Assembly: GCA_977017575.1 (NCBI GenBank) | Contig: CDRNVI010000169.1 | Span: 74,431 to 138,430 of the forward strand | Source of the DNA: Paramoeba atlantica | Taxonomy: Eukaryota; Protista; Discosea | Direction of reading: 5' to 3' | DNA length: 64,000 nucleotides | Shown here: positions 1-11,543 of the stretch, one piece after another | Position numbering within the stretch: the stretch's first letter is position 1 | Layout: each line of letters opens with the position of its first letter | Made by a program: the position numbers and the translations under genes | Notes under the pieces: generated by a model | The model's database searches: none | Seen by the model: the letters and a program-made list of their open reading frames with translations, nothing else | What the model was told of the DNA's origin: nothing

Positions 1-432
1 AAAAAAGGTGGATAAAGACAATTTTCTTCAATCAAAATTTGAAGTTGATTCGACTCTTTATCTTTCTCATGAGGGTTTTCTTTATCGTGATTGTACTGTT
101 GAAATTTGGGCGCAGGTTTTTTTTTTTTATTTATTTTTTTATTTATTTTTTTTTCATTTTTTTTTTCATTTTTTATCATGCTCCATTTTTTTTTCTTTTT
201 TTTTTTCTTTTTAATTTTTTCTTTTTTCATTTTTTTTTCTTTCCCTCTCCTTTCTCTCTCTTCTTCTTAAACATTCTTCGCACAAAAAACCACTTTCTCA
301 AAAATAGATCAAGAAAACATTAATATTGAGTCAAGAATCAGAAATAATTTCTGATAATTATTTGTTTCGAGATTGTGAGTTGGTTGGCAGGGGCGAAATT
401 TTGCTTGATCCTGTTGTTACTTCTTCTGGTTT

Positions 433-473
<41 letters not shown>

Positions 474-3400
474 TTTATTTATTTTGTTTTTATTTTTAAT
501 TTTATTTTGTTTTTTGTTTTTTGTTTCTTTTATTTTTTTTTTCTTTTTTTTTCTTTTTCTTTCTTTTTCTTTTGTTCTTTTGTTTTCTTTTGTTCTTTTC
601 TAATTTTTCTCTACCTTAAACAGAATTGATAGTTCAAATCTCAAAAGGCGTGGGTTTGGTATGTCTCCATCCAATCTTAAAACAAAACAAAACTCATTTT
701 CCTCAATAACAAAAATCCATTTCCCAAAAAAAATTCACTAAAACAAAACAAAAAAAAAAATAAAACAGACATCAAAATTGTATGGAAAAGTGAAATATCA
801 TTCGGGAGAATCGGGATTGGCGGGGCCACAGAGTCGTTATGTTTCTTTTCCTATTACTGATCGTTTTAGTTCTTTGAAAGAGTTGGTTGGGAAGGGGTCT
901 GTTGGCAAGATTTTGTCTCAGTTGGCTTATACTCCTGTTTATCCTGTTGGTTTGTTTGTTTCTTTTTTTTTTTATTTATTGTTTATTTATTTATTATTTG
1001 TTATTTATTTATTTATTTATTCTATTTTATTATTATCTTTGGGAAGGGGTCTGTTGGCAAGATTTTGTCTCAGTTGGCTTATACTCCTGTTTATCCTGTT
1101 GGTTTGTTTGTTTTTTTTTATTATTTGTTTTTATAAAAATATTTATTTAGATTTATTTAGTTCATTATTTATTTATTTATTTATCTATTTATTATTTATT
1201 TATTTATTTATTATTTATGTTTTAATAAATTACATAAATAATAAAAATTACCGTTGACAAGATTTTGTCTCAGTTGGCTGATACTCCTGTTTATCCTGTT
1301 GGTTGGTTATTTATTTATTTATTTATTTATTTATTATTAACTGATTATTAATTTATTATTGATAAAATGTTAAATGATCAAATGCATTTTTTCTTCTTAT
1401 TTGTTGTTTTCTCTTCTCTTCTCTTCTCTTTTCTCTTTCTAATTCTGAAAAATAGTGATTGTTCCTGGATTTTGTTCGTCTGCTTTAGAAGTTCTTTCAA
1501 GTTATAAATTTCCTGCTTGGGAAAAAACAAGAGTTTTTCTTTCCTTCTCTTCTTTTTTTCTTTTCTTTCGTCTTTTTCTTTCTTTTTCTCTTTCTCTTTT
1601 TCCTTCGTTTTTTTAAGAAAGAATTTTTTTAAAAGGTTTGGATTGATCCAATGAAGATTGGAAATTTGGCCATGTACCAGAAACTTAGAACCAAGTTTTT
1701 TTCTCTTTTTCTTTTTCAAAATCTCTTCTTTTTTTTCTCTTCTTTTTTTTTTCTCTTCTTTTTTAAAATCTCTTCTTTTCTTTTTCTTCTCTTTTTTCCC
1801 TCTCTTCTCTCTCTCTCTCTCCCTCTCACTCATCCCTTTTCTCTCTCTCTTTTCTTTCTCTTCTTTTCTCTCCCCCCTCTCTCTTCTCTTACAATAAAAC
1901 AAAACAGAAAAACAAATGATCCAGTGAGTAGACAGTGGTTGAAACATATTGCTCTTGCTGAGGATGGTTTTTCTGATCCTGAGGGTATTAAAGTCCGTCC
2001 TGGTTTGTTTTGTTTTCTTTTTTGTTTTGTTTTTTGTTTTTTATTTTTTGTTTTTTATTTATTTATTTTTATTTATTTATTTTTATTTTTTTATTTTATT
2101 TTTATTTATTTTTATTTATTTATTTATTTTTAAAAATTTTTATTTATTTTTATTTATTTTTATTTATTTTTTAATTTTTGTTATTTTTTTTTTTTCTTTT
2201 TCTTTTTTTCTTTTATCAATTTATTTCCTGATTCTCATTTTCAAAATAGTGAGTGGATTTTCTGGTTGTGATTATTTGGTTGAACAAACTTTAATTCGTC
2301 CACAATCTTATGTTTTGGGACCTCTTATTGCTAATCTTCTTGATTTGGGGTTTTTTATTCTTTTATTTATTCTAATTCTTATTCTAATGGACGGGATATT
2401 ATTTGTTTTTATTGATTATTTTCATTTTATTTCATTTTATTTTAATTTCTATTTCGTTTTCCTGACTCTTTTTTTTTTAATTATCCTCAAACAAATTAAG
2501 AATTAAGAATCATTAATTTAGAATTCCAAAAATAAAATGCTCATTTAAAAAATTATTTAGTTACGAAGCAAGAAATTTAGTAGCAGCAACATATGATTGG
2601 AGATTACCACCAACAAAATTACAAGAAAGAGATGGTTATTTTACCTATCTTTTTTATCAGATTTCTTCTTTGAGGGAGATTAATCGTCAGCGTGTTGTTT
2701 TGATGGGTCATAGGTTTTTTTTTTTTTCTTTTTTTTTTTTGTTTTTTGTTTTTTGTTTTTTGTTTGTTTTGTTTTGTTTTTTTGTTTTTTTCTTTTCTTT
2801 ATTTTTGTTTTTTTTTTTTGTGTTTTTTTTTTGTGTTTTTTTGTGTTTTTATTCTTTTTTTTTGTGTTTCTTTATTTTGTTTCTAATTTTTAATCTTTTT
2901 TTTTAAAAAAATTCTTTTCTCTTTTCATTCTCCTCTTTCTTTCACCCATCTCCCCCCAACACACCACACAAACACAAACAAACGCAAACAAAACAGCATG
3001 GGAAACAAAGTAATCCACTACTTCCTCCTCTGGGCGGAAAAAAACAAGGGAAAAAAATGGATTGATGAAAATGTCCATTCTTTTATGGCTCTTGGTGCTC
3101 CTTTTTTGGGGGCTCCTAAGGCTGTTCGTTCTGTTGTTTCTGGTGATCGTTTGGATTTGGAAGTTTTTTTGACTTCTTCTGAGGTTTTTTGTTTTGTTTT
3201 TTTTTGTTTTGTTTTTTTATTATTTTATTTATTTTTTATTTATTTTTTATTTATTTTTATTTATTTTTTTATTTTATTGTTATTATTATTATTTCTTTTA
3301 TGGCTCTTGGGGCTCCTTTTTTTGGAGGCTCCTAAGGCTGTTCGTTCTGTTGTTTCTGGTGATCGTTTGGATTTGGAAGTTTTTTTGACTTCTTCTGAGG

Positions 3401-5761
3401 TTTTTTGTTTTGTTTTTGTTTTGTTTTATTTATTATTTTATTTATTTTTTATTTATTTTTTATTTATTTTTATTTATTTTTTTATTTTATTGTTATTATT
3501 ATTATTTCTTTTATGGCTCTTGGGGCTCCTTTTTTTGGAGGCTCCTAAGGCTGTTCGTTCTGTTGTTTCTGGTGATCGTTTGGATTTGGAAGTTTTTTTG
3601 ACTTCTTCTGAGGTTTTTTGTTTTGTTTTTGTTTTGTTTTATTTATTTTTTATTTATTTTTTATTTATTTTTTATTTATTTTCTTTATTCATTCATTCAT
3701 TTATTTATTGTTTTTTATTTAATACTAAATTATTATTCTTTATTTTTCTTTTTTCTTTTTTCTTTTTCTTTTGAAGGGTTATTTTTTATTATTTTTTTTT
3801 TGAAATTTCGGTTTTCGGTTTTCCTTATCTTTTGTGGAAATGATTTATTCTTTTTTCTCTCTCTCTCTCTCTTCTCTCTTCTCCATCTTTTTTTCATTTT
3901 TCTTATTGACTAAAAAAAAAAGGGTCTTGCAATGTGTCGAAGAATGGCCACTCTCCCGTGGCTCTTTCCGGTTGATGAAAGATATCTCCCTGATGTCATC
4001 GGTTTTTTTTCTTTTTCTTTTTTTCTCTTTTTCTTTTTTTTTTCTTTTTCTTTTTCTTTTTTTCTCTTTTTCTTTTTTTTTTCTTTTTCTTTTTCTTTTT
4101 TTTCTTTTTTCTTTTTTTCTTTTTTTTCTTTTCTTTTTTTTTCTTTTCTTTTTCATTTTTTTTCCCTTTCTTTTCTCCTCTCATATCTCTCCTCCCCCCC
4201 CCCCTCTCTCCCTCCCAAACACAAAACCACAGGAAGAGTAAAAAGATCAGGACATTACCAAACACAAAAAATGGCGTCACTTTTAGACTCAACTTCTTCA
4301 GATTCATGGAATTTTTTCAAAACTTTTTTTCAAAAAGATGATTTGTATTTGTTGTGTGACGATTCGAGGGAGAATTCGAGTGTTGTTCTTCCTCCTCCTG
4401 TTATGAGGTTTTTTTTTTTCTTTTTTTTTTCTTTTTTTTTTCTTTTTTTTTTCTTTTTTTTTTTCTTTTTTTTTTCTTTTTTTTTTCTATTTTTTTTCTA
4501 TTTTTTTTTTCTTTTTTTTTCTCTTTCTTTTTTTTTCTCTTTTTTTCTCTCTCTTTTTTTCTCTTTTTCTCTTTGCTTTGAGAAATACTTTGAAGAAATT
4601 GTGTGAATAAAAGAGAATAATTATTTTTTTTAGACCTCCTTCTGTTGATCATATTTGGAATATTTATGGGATTAATATGAAGACAGAAGTTTCTTTTTAT
4701 TATAAAGATGTTGAGCAGGTTTGAAAAAAGAATATTTTATTGTTTTTTTATTTTATTTTATTTTAGATCTCAAAAAAAAAATCTCAAAAAAAATTTCTTT
4801 ATTCTTTTTATTTTTCTTTTTAATATTTGTTTTCATTTCTTTTATTATTTTATTAATAAAAAAATATTAACAATTTTTTAAAAGGGACCTTACCTTGATC
4901 ATAGCGCAGAACAATTTAGGTTTCTTTTGATTCTCTTCTTCTCTTCTCTTTTTCTTTTTTGGTCGACCTCTCACGCTCTTTCTTCTCTCCCTCTCTTCTC
5001 TCTTTCTCCCTCTCCAGTCAGAAAAAATCAGTAGACAATCCAAGAGAATTTTATATCAGTGGAGGAATCGCTTATGAAACTGGTTTTCTTTCTCTTCTCT
5101 CTCTTTCTCTTCTCTCTTCTCTCTTCTCTCTCTTCTCCTTCTGAAGCCCTTTCTCTTCTCTCTCTCTCTCATTCACTCTGTTTTTTTTCCACTTTCCTTT
5201 TAGCAAAAACATATCAACCCGTGATTCGTGCACACAAAAGTGGAGATGGAACTGTCCCTTATTGTTCTTTGTATTATGCTTCTTCTTGGAGGTTTTCTTT
5301 CTTTCTCTTTTCTTTCTCTTCTCTCTCTTTTCTTTTTCTTTCTTTCTCTCTTCTCATTTCCTTTCTCTCTCTTTTTTTCCAAAATTGTAGGAGCCAAACG
5401 CCAGGTGATGGTCTTCCTCATGTCCAAACAGTGGAAATTCCAGGAGTAGAGCACAGGTTATTTAATTTTACAATTGTATTTGATTCTTCAAAAGTGCTTT
5501 TGATATTTTTGTGTCTCTCAATTTATTGATATTCTCTTCTAAAAATTCTTTATCTCTTTTAATTTTCTTTTGGAATTTCTGATTTGATTCAACAATTCTT
5601 CCCTCTCTCTTTCTCTCTTTTGTTGTTCTTTTTACAAAAACAGGGCCATGCTCCAAGATGACTATGTTACATTCCGAATACTTGAATTGTTATCCGAAAG
5701 AGAAAGACGAGATATTAGTGCAACAAGTCATCGAAGGCACGGTGCTGTCTCAGACTCATAA
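1..5761 (+). CDS. LCAT/PDAT (Lro1-like) phospholipid acyltransferase, multi-exon, 5' end outside window; probable C2-like region upstream of the catalytic domain
   Basis: Spliced exons give YPVVIVPGFCSSALEV, WLKHIALAEDGFSDPEGIKVRP, VSGFSGCDYL, AATYDWRLPPTKLQERDGY (2581-2640), the lipase nucleophile VVLMGHS-MG, ALGAPFLGAPKAVRSVVSG, IWNIYGIN, SGDGTVPYCSL and VEHRAML. Stop TAA at 5759-5761. Confidence 0.92.
889..1310 (+). repeat. Three tandem copies of an exon 3' end plus donor site (PDAT gene)
   Basis: GGGAAGGGGTCTGTTGGCAAGATTTTGTCTCAGTTGGCTTATACTCCTGTTTATCCTGTTG|GTT at ~889 and ~1041, with a shorter diverged copy at ~1253. Confidence 0.9.
3082..3625 (+). repeat. Three tandem ~215-bp units, each ~100 nt of exon 3' end plus donor plus T-rich intron start (PDAT gene)
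   Basis: ATGGCTCTTGG..GCTCCTAAGGCTGTTCGTTCTGTTGTTTCTGGTGATCGTTTGGATTTGGAAGTTTTTTTGACTTCTTCTGAG|GTTTT at ~3085, ~3300 and ~3514. Confidence 0.95.
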
Positions 5762-5880
5762 TCATTTAAAAAACTGAATCAGAACTTGATAATATGAAGA
5801 AATATGTATAATAAATTGTTGATATTAAAAGAACTGAGAAACGAAATTTTCATTATCATTATGAAATGAGTCTCTTATTC

Positions 5881-8800
5881 TCAAAAATAAGAAAAAACCA
5901 ATTTAAGAGTCACAATCTGACCAGAAGATAAACAAAGAGGTTTCTCCACATCCCAAACATTTCCCTCTTCCAACAAAGAAAGAGAATAAACTACAGCAGA
6001 ATCCACCTTCCCAAAAGAGAAGAGAGAAGAAAGATTAACACAAGAGATTGTACTCCATTCTCCTTCCCAGTTCGGAGGATACATATGCTGAAAACGAGCA
6101 ATTGTTTCAGTTGTATTAAATACATTTGGTTTGAGAGAGAGCATGCGGAGATTAAAGGGAAGATCTTCATTGAGAAGAGAGGTAAAATTTGGAGGAGAGA
6201 AGAGTGAAGTTATGTCTTTAAGACTTTTTTGACTCTCAAATTTGTCTTCTTTCTTGTTGCGCAGAGGAAAGGGAGATGCAGAGAAGAATGAAGGTATCGG
6301 AGGTTGTAAATGAAGTTGTGAGAGAGTTCGTCGAACCAAATAACCATTTGACATTTCATCTCCAGTAACACATAAAATAGAATCATCCACAATACGATCT
6401 TGATCATCTAACGGTTCCCCAACTCCTGCAGGGGGTAATTCAGACGTATTTGTCCTTCGATGCACAAGCCATTCCAAATTTCCTTCCCTTCCACAACTTG
6501 CGGCATGGCCCCGATCAAACAATACACCAAAACTTGAAGAATGAGATGGGATTTGGTCATGTATTGTCGCCCAATGTGTTGATGGAAAGAAATATTTTGC
6601 ATGATGAGAGAAAGAAGTCCCCTCTGGGATACAATCCCTCCCCATTTCAACCAAACCATTTGCATTGGTAAAGAAACGTCCCTGTAATTGTGAGGAAAAT
6701 TGAGCAGAAATTTCCACACCACCTGGAATGGGACCAACAGTTGTAGCAACTTGGAGACCATATCCAACCCCATCTCCGAAAGGATTTTTATCATCAAAAG
6801 AAGAAGATCCTGTGACAAGAGAGAACGTTTGGTGGAGGAGATAGTCAGCCTCATATTGAATCGAAACAAAAGAAGTCACACTTCCATTCCCATACCACAT
6901 TTTTCGAGGAGTTCCTGCGATTTTTGAGTTCTTTGGACGGAATGTGTAATCTCCATCGTGGTCTGCTTCATACTGTATCACTTGATTTGTGAGAGAGATT
7001 TGTGTCTTCGTTACATAATCGTAAACACTTTGAAGGTAACCTGTCTTGGAATCAAATGTGACAAGTAAATTATCATTTTGAAGATAAATCGGATCTTCCA
7101 ACGATTCTTCAGTTGATTGCGAGAGAGGGATGGAAAAAATTTGAGTCTCTGCACAACTCTCAGAACTGTCAGGAGAAATCAAATATCGTTTAATGCCAAG
7201 CGGGGGAAGTAAAGACATCCATTGCAATTCATACTGAACTTCTTCATTTTCTTTGGAAAAAGGGAGGGCTGGGACGAGTTGAGAAGAAACATAATCCCCA
7301 GTTTCGAGATCAAGAACAGACATACAGTTGTTTGCTGGGATTGCCACGTTTGTATTTCGTGTTTGTCCAATTGGGTTGTACCAAATGACTTCGAATTGCT
7401 GCGATTGAAAAGAAGAGGAAAGATGAAGAAGTTGTTGTTCATGTTGTCGTCCTTGTTGGTACTGGTACGGGTTTAAGATTGAATGCAAGATCTTTTCTGA
7501 ACGAAAGAGAGATTGGTTAAGCATTTGGAGATAATTTTGAACAACATCTCCACGTGCTGTCCCTGTTACCGCATCATGATGAGCCAAGATCCCCGAGGTT
7601 CCTCGATTTTCAAAGAGCTCCTCTCTTTCCTAAAAAATAATCTTTGGATCAGGAAAAAAAAAATAAAAGATTAATTCTTTGAATTGCTGTGAAGAAGCAG
7701 ATGTTGGTTTTCTTTTTGTGTTAGAAACTGATTGACCTGTGATGTAATTTGACCTTTCCCAACAAGAAGTTGGTCAACAGCATCTAAAATTGCATCAGTG
7801 ACTCGGACTCTCTTCTTCAGAGTTGGTCGAGAGGTGTAGAACCCACTCCACCAGGAGTCAGGAAACTGTTTCAATTGAAAAAATGAAAGTTAGAAAAAGA
7901 GAAAATAAGATGATTTTTCAGAATAAAAAATAATTTTTACCTCGGCATAAGGATAAAAATCAATCTCCTCTGATAACACAGGCCACTTTACACCCTCCTC
8001 CTTTTCCAAACTTTCAAAAAAAGCAGACAAAGTCGAGTACTGAACCGTCACATTAAATAGGAGACGATTTGCATTGATAAAATTAATGAGTTTGTCATAG
8101 TTGGTATATTGAAGAGAAGCATTTTGATATGCAAAGTCAAAACCAATTGGGATTAAGATCTTAATGAATGAGGAAAAGGGAAAAGTGAGAAAGATAAAGA
8201 AGGAGATTAAGGGAGAAAGAAAGGTAAAGAAGAAAAAGAAGTGATAAGTAAAACCACTGAGAGAGGAGAGAATAAAAGAGAAAAGCAAAAAAAAAAAGGG
8301 GGGGGGGATGGATCCTATTGGTAAAATAAAAAAAACCTGATTTGTTTTATACTCTTTGGCACGAAGACGAGCAATGGCAACAAACTCTGCTGCTCTCTCC
8401 AAGATATTTGTGTCTGTAATTGGAGGAGATATTTTTTCTGGTTGCTCAAAGTCAAAAGTAGGAGGAAAACCATATAATAGCTGATCCAACGTATGAACAA
8501 AGAGAGAGGTTGTGCTATTTGTATTGTTACCCTCATTTTTCACTTGAAAAGAGTTGTTGTTGTTGACACCAAGATAAGAAGTATCCCAAAAAAACTCCAT
8601 CACATGATTCTTCTCTACCTTTCCCTTAATCAACCCAATCCTGTCAGTCACCAACCCTTTATATCCAATCAAAGAAAAGAGATGTGTATTTGCACTGGAG
8701 GGACCAAAAGGGTCGATTTGCCATCCAATTTTTGGTTTTGTATTGAGAATGTTTTGGAGCCAGAGGTGCCCAAGTTCATTTTGGTTAATGATTGCTTCAT

Positions 8801-9705
8801 AGCTTTGGGAGAAAAGAGAAAATTTAAAGATGGATTATGAAAGGAGAAATAGATAGAAAGAAAAAAAAATGTGGTGGAAGAATGAGAGTAAACAATTAAA
8901 TGAAAGAGATAGAGGGGCTAAGAGACCAAGAAAAAAGAAAAACCTTGTAATAGCTTCATCATTTTGAACCCAACCGCCCCCAATAAACTCTAATGTCCCT
9001 TCTCCAACAAGTTTTCTGAATTAAAAAAAAAAGAGGACTTAGATGAAGAACTAAAAAAAAAAGTTTTTTTTTTGAAGAAAAATGAAAGAAGAGAACTTGA
9101 CATTCTCTTTCATTGTATTGTTTGCATCCGTCCACCACCTCAAGAAAGAAAAGATGAGAATGTTTTTCTCGATGAAGAATTGAATGAATTGAGAAACCGA
9201 TTAAAGTATCCCATTTCAGCCCAATTAAACACACGCTTGGGAGTTTTTGGAGATTTCTTGAGCAGTTCTCCAACTACCTTTAAAGAGAAAAAAGGGGGGA
9301 AGAATGAGCAAAGAGACAAAGGGGGATGAACAAAGAAAAAGGAGAGGATTATTCGAAAATTGGAAGAAAATCAAAAAAAGGAGGAGAAAGTGGGAAAAAG
9401 AAAAAGAAAAAGAAATACTGAGTTGAGGATAAATTTGACTTCAGTTTGATAATATTCTTCAAAAGAGATGAGCCAACCAGCATCACAATGAGAATGAGGA
9501 ACTAAATACAAATCAAGACGATCACCTCGAACATGACTGATCGGCCCATCTTTTTTCTCTTCACTTCCTGCCAACAAAAAAAAAGAATCAAAACATATTT
9601 TCTCTCTCTCTCTCTCTCTCTATTTTCTTTCTCTGAGAACATCAGATCGGAACCTCGAACAAGAAGAAGGAAGAAAAGAACGGACCAAACAACCAGCCTC
9701 GCCAT
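5881..9705 (-). CDS. GH38 lysosomal-type alpha-mannosidase with signal peptide, multi-exon
   Basis: Signal peptide MARLVVWSVLFFLLLVRG. Motifs LYLVPHSHCDAGW, NWAEMGYFNRWW, LEFIGGGWVQNDEA, GWQIDPFG, IPIGFDF, WSGFYTSRP and HHDAVTGT. Large terminal exon 5881-~7600. Confidence 0.95.
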
Positions 9706-9826
9706 TCTCAGCAAAAACGAAAAAAAAAAAAAGGCAAACTCTTTTTTAAATAGTTAAAAAAAGAAAGAGCCGAAATCCTTTTTTAGCTTTTTCATTCGCC
9801 GAAAAAATGGTTAAAATAGCCCTAAC

Positions 9827-10242
9827 TTAAGGAGGAAAGGCGAGAGTCACTCTCTTTCCTTTTTTCTCTGGGCGCTTTTGTACGAGAAATGAAGACGAGA
9901 GGTGATGGCAACTGAACACGTGATGACTTTCTTGAACTTTTTGCGTCGTCGTAGAGGAAGGAGAAGAAGACGAATTTCTCTTTATGAAAGCTTGAACCTT
10001 ATTCTCGTCTCTCATCTTGGGCGTGATGATGTGGTTGATGAAGATGAACTCTTCGTCGTTTTATCGGATGAATGTGAAAATATCGATGCTTGTTGAATGT
10101 TATCTCCTGAGAGAGATTCTTGAGAGATTAATCCTTCTTCAAGCCTTGTCTCTTCGAAATCAAAAGATTGATTCTCCGTTGAGAATGCCATTTCATGCGT
10201 TTCCTCTTGAACCCGCATTTTCATTGAATTGGCCGTCACCAA
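9827..10242 (-). other. Two short Ser-rich ORFs overlapping at ATGA (hypothetical or decayed gene)
   Basis: ORF 10012-10242 ends TGA where ORF 9827-10015 starts ATG. Composition looks coding-like; no recognised domain. Confidence 0.25.
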
Positions 10243-10611
10243 AAGATAAATTATTTCATGAATCTAAAATTTTTTGGTTTTTTTGTTGTGTGATATGTGT
10301 TCACATTTTCCACCCTCTCCTCACTCATTTTTGAAAAATTTTCAAAATTTCAAGGGAAGAGGTACCGAGTAATGCTGGGTCCTGAAGAAAACCTCCAAGA
10401 AGAAATTTCATTTTGTGCGAAAGCAAAAAGTTCCAAAAGTGCCAAACGATTTTGACGATATTTTGATGAAATTTTGATGAAATTTAATTTTAATTTCGTG
10501 AGATTTTATCGTAGTTTTCACTTTCTTGTTTTTTGCGTTTTTGCCCAACGGCACACTCACACTTTTCACAAATTCTTCATCTATTGAATCCCAAGTTTCT
10601 CAAAAAACATC

Positions 10612-11382
10612 ATGTCTCGTCGTTTTCTTGTTGCGGTCGATAATTCCGAAAATGCTGAGTGGGCGTTGAATTATGCGTTATCGGCAATGGACAAACACCT
10701 TGACCACCTTCACTTAATCACTGTCAGAGATCCTGAATCCGCTGCTGTTTACACAATGCACGTTCCTTACACCTATGATATTGTTGGGAAAGTGAACGAG
10801 GAAGAAGTTCAACGTTGTAAAAAGCTTCTTCGGGGATTTGCTCGAAAGGCTCATCTTGTCGGAGTGAGTTTTTCTTTTTTTTTTTGCAACTTGCAAGTTG
10901 CACACACACACACAACGCATACTAAAATCTTTTGTTTGAAACAGATCACAACTCCTTTGTCGATGACAATTGGTCGTGGAGATGTTGGCGAAGTTGTTTG
11001 CAGTTACATCACTGATCACCAAATTGACTTTCTTGTGATGGGTCGACGGGGAGGATTGGGAGCACTGAAACGATTGATTCTCGGTTCCTCCTCCAAATAT
11101 TGCATTGAAAACGCTGATTGTAATGTTGTCATTGTCAAGCACCCTTTTGGTCCCGAGGAAGTCCACGAAGCTTCCAAGGAAGCAATCATTGCTGCAGAAG
11201 AAGCAGAAAGAGAATGGAGAATTATGGAATACGAAAAGAAGAAAGAACGTGAGGCGAAGGAACAAGAAGAGGAATCAAAGAAGGATCTTGAGCTGGTGAA
11301 GAAGTTAGAGGAAGAAGAGAGAGAAAGAAGAGAGAAGGAAGAGAAACACCATGGCAGAAGTGTTTCAGGGCGCGGAGATTAA
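10612..11382 (+). CDS. Universal stress protein (Usp) with charged coiled-coil C-terminus, one intron (~10864-10945)
   Basis: MSRRFLVAVDNSENAEWAL...GDVGEVVCSYITDHQIDFLVMGRRGGLGALKRLILGSSSKYCIENADCNVVIVK matches the Usp signature. The 3' end is uncertain. Confidence 0.9.
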   Translation: MSRRFLVAVDNSENAEWALNYALSAMDKHLDHLHLITVRDPESAAVYTMHVPYTYDIVGKVNEEEVQRCKKLLRGFARKAHLVGVSFSFFFCNLQVAHTHTTHTKIFCLKQITTPLSMTIGRGDVGEVVCSYITDHQIDFLVMGRRGGLGALKRLILGSSSKYCIENADCNVVIVKHPFGPEEVHEASKEAIIAAEEAEREWRIMEYEKKKEREAKEQEEESKKDLELVKKLEEEERERREKEEKHHGRSVSGRGD

Positions 11383-11543
11383 TTAATAATTAATCCAAAA
11401 TATCTTTTTTTTTTTTGTGGGAAGGAGGAGGGAGGAGAGGGAGAAAAAAAAAAATAAATATTTATTTTTCTGGAAAATCTCTTCTGTGTCTGAGACAACC
11501 AACAACAAATAATGTATACTGACTAACTTGAAGTGCTTCACAC

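Noticed and set aside
9072-9290. Apparent in-frame stop or frameshift in the mannosidase (possible pseudogene)
   Set aside because: Resolved by a short GT-AG intron (FNR|WWTD) that restores the GH38 RWW motif.
10012-10015. Selenocysteine or stop read-through at the TGA of the first Ser-rich ORF
   Set aside because: The same frame meets another stop within ~10 codons and no SECIS-like element was seen.
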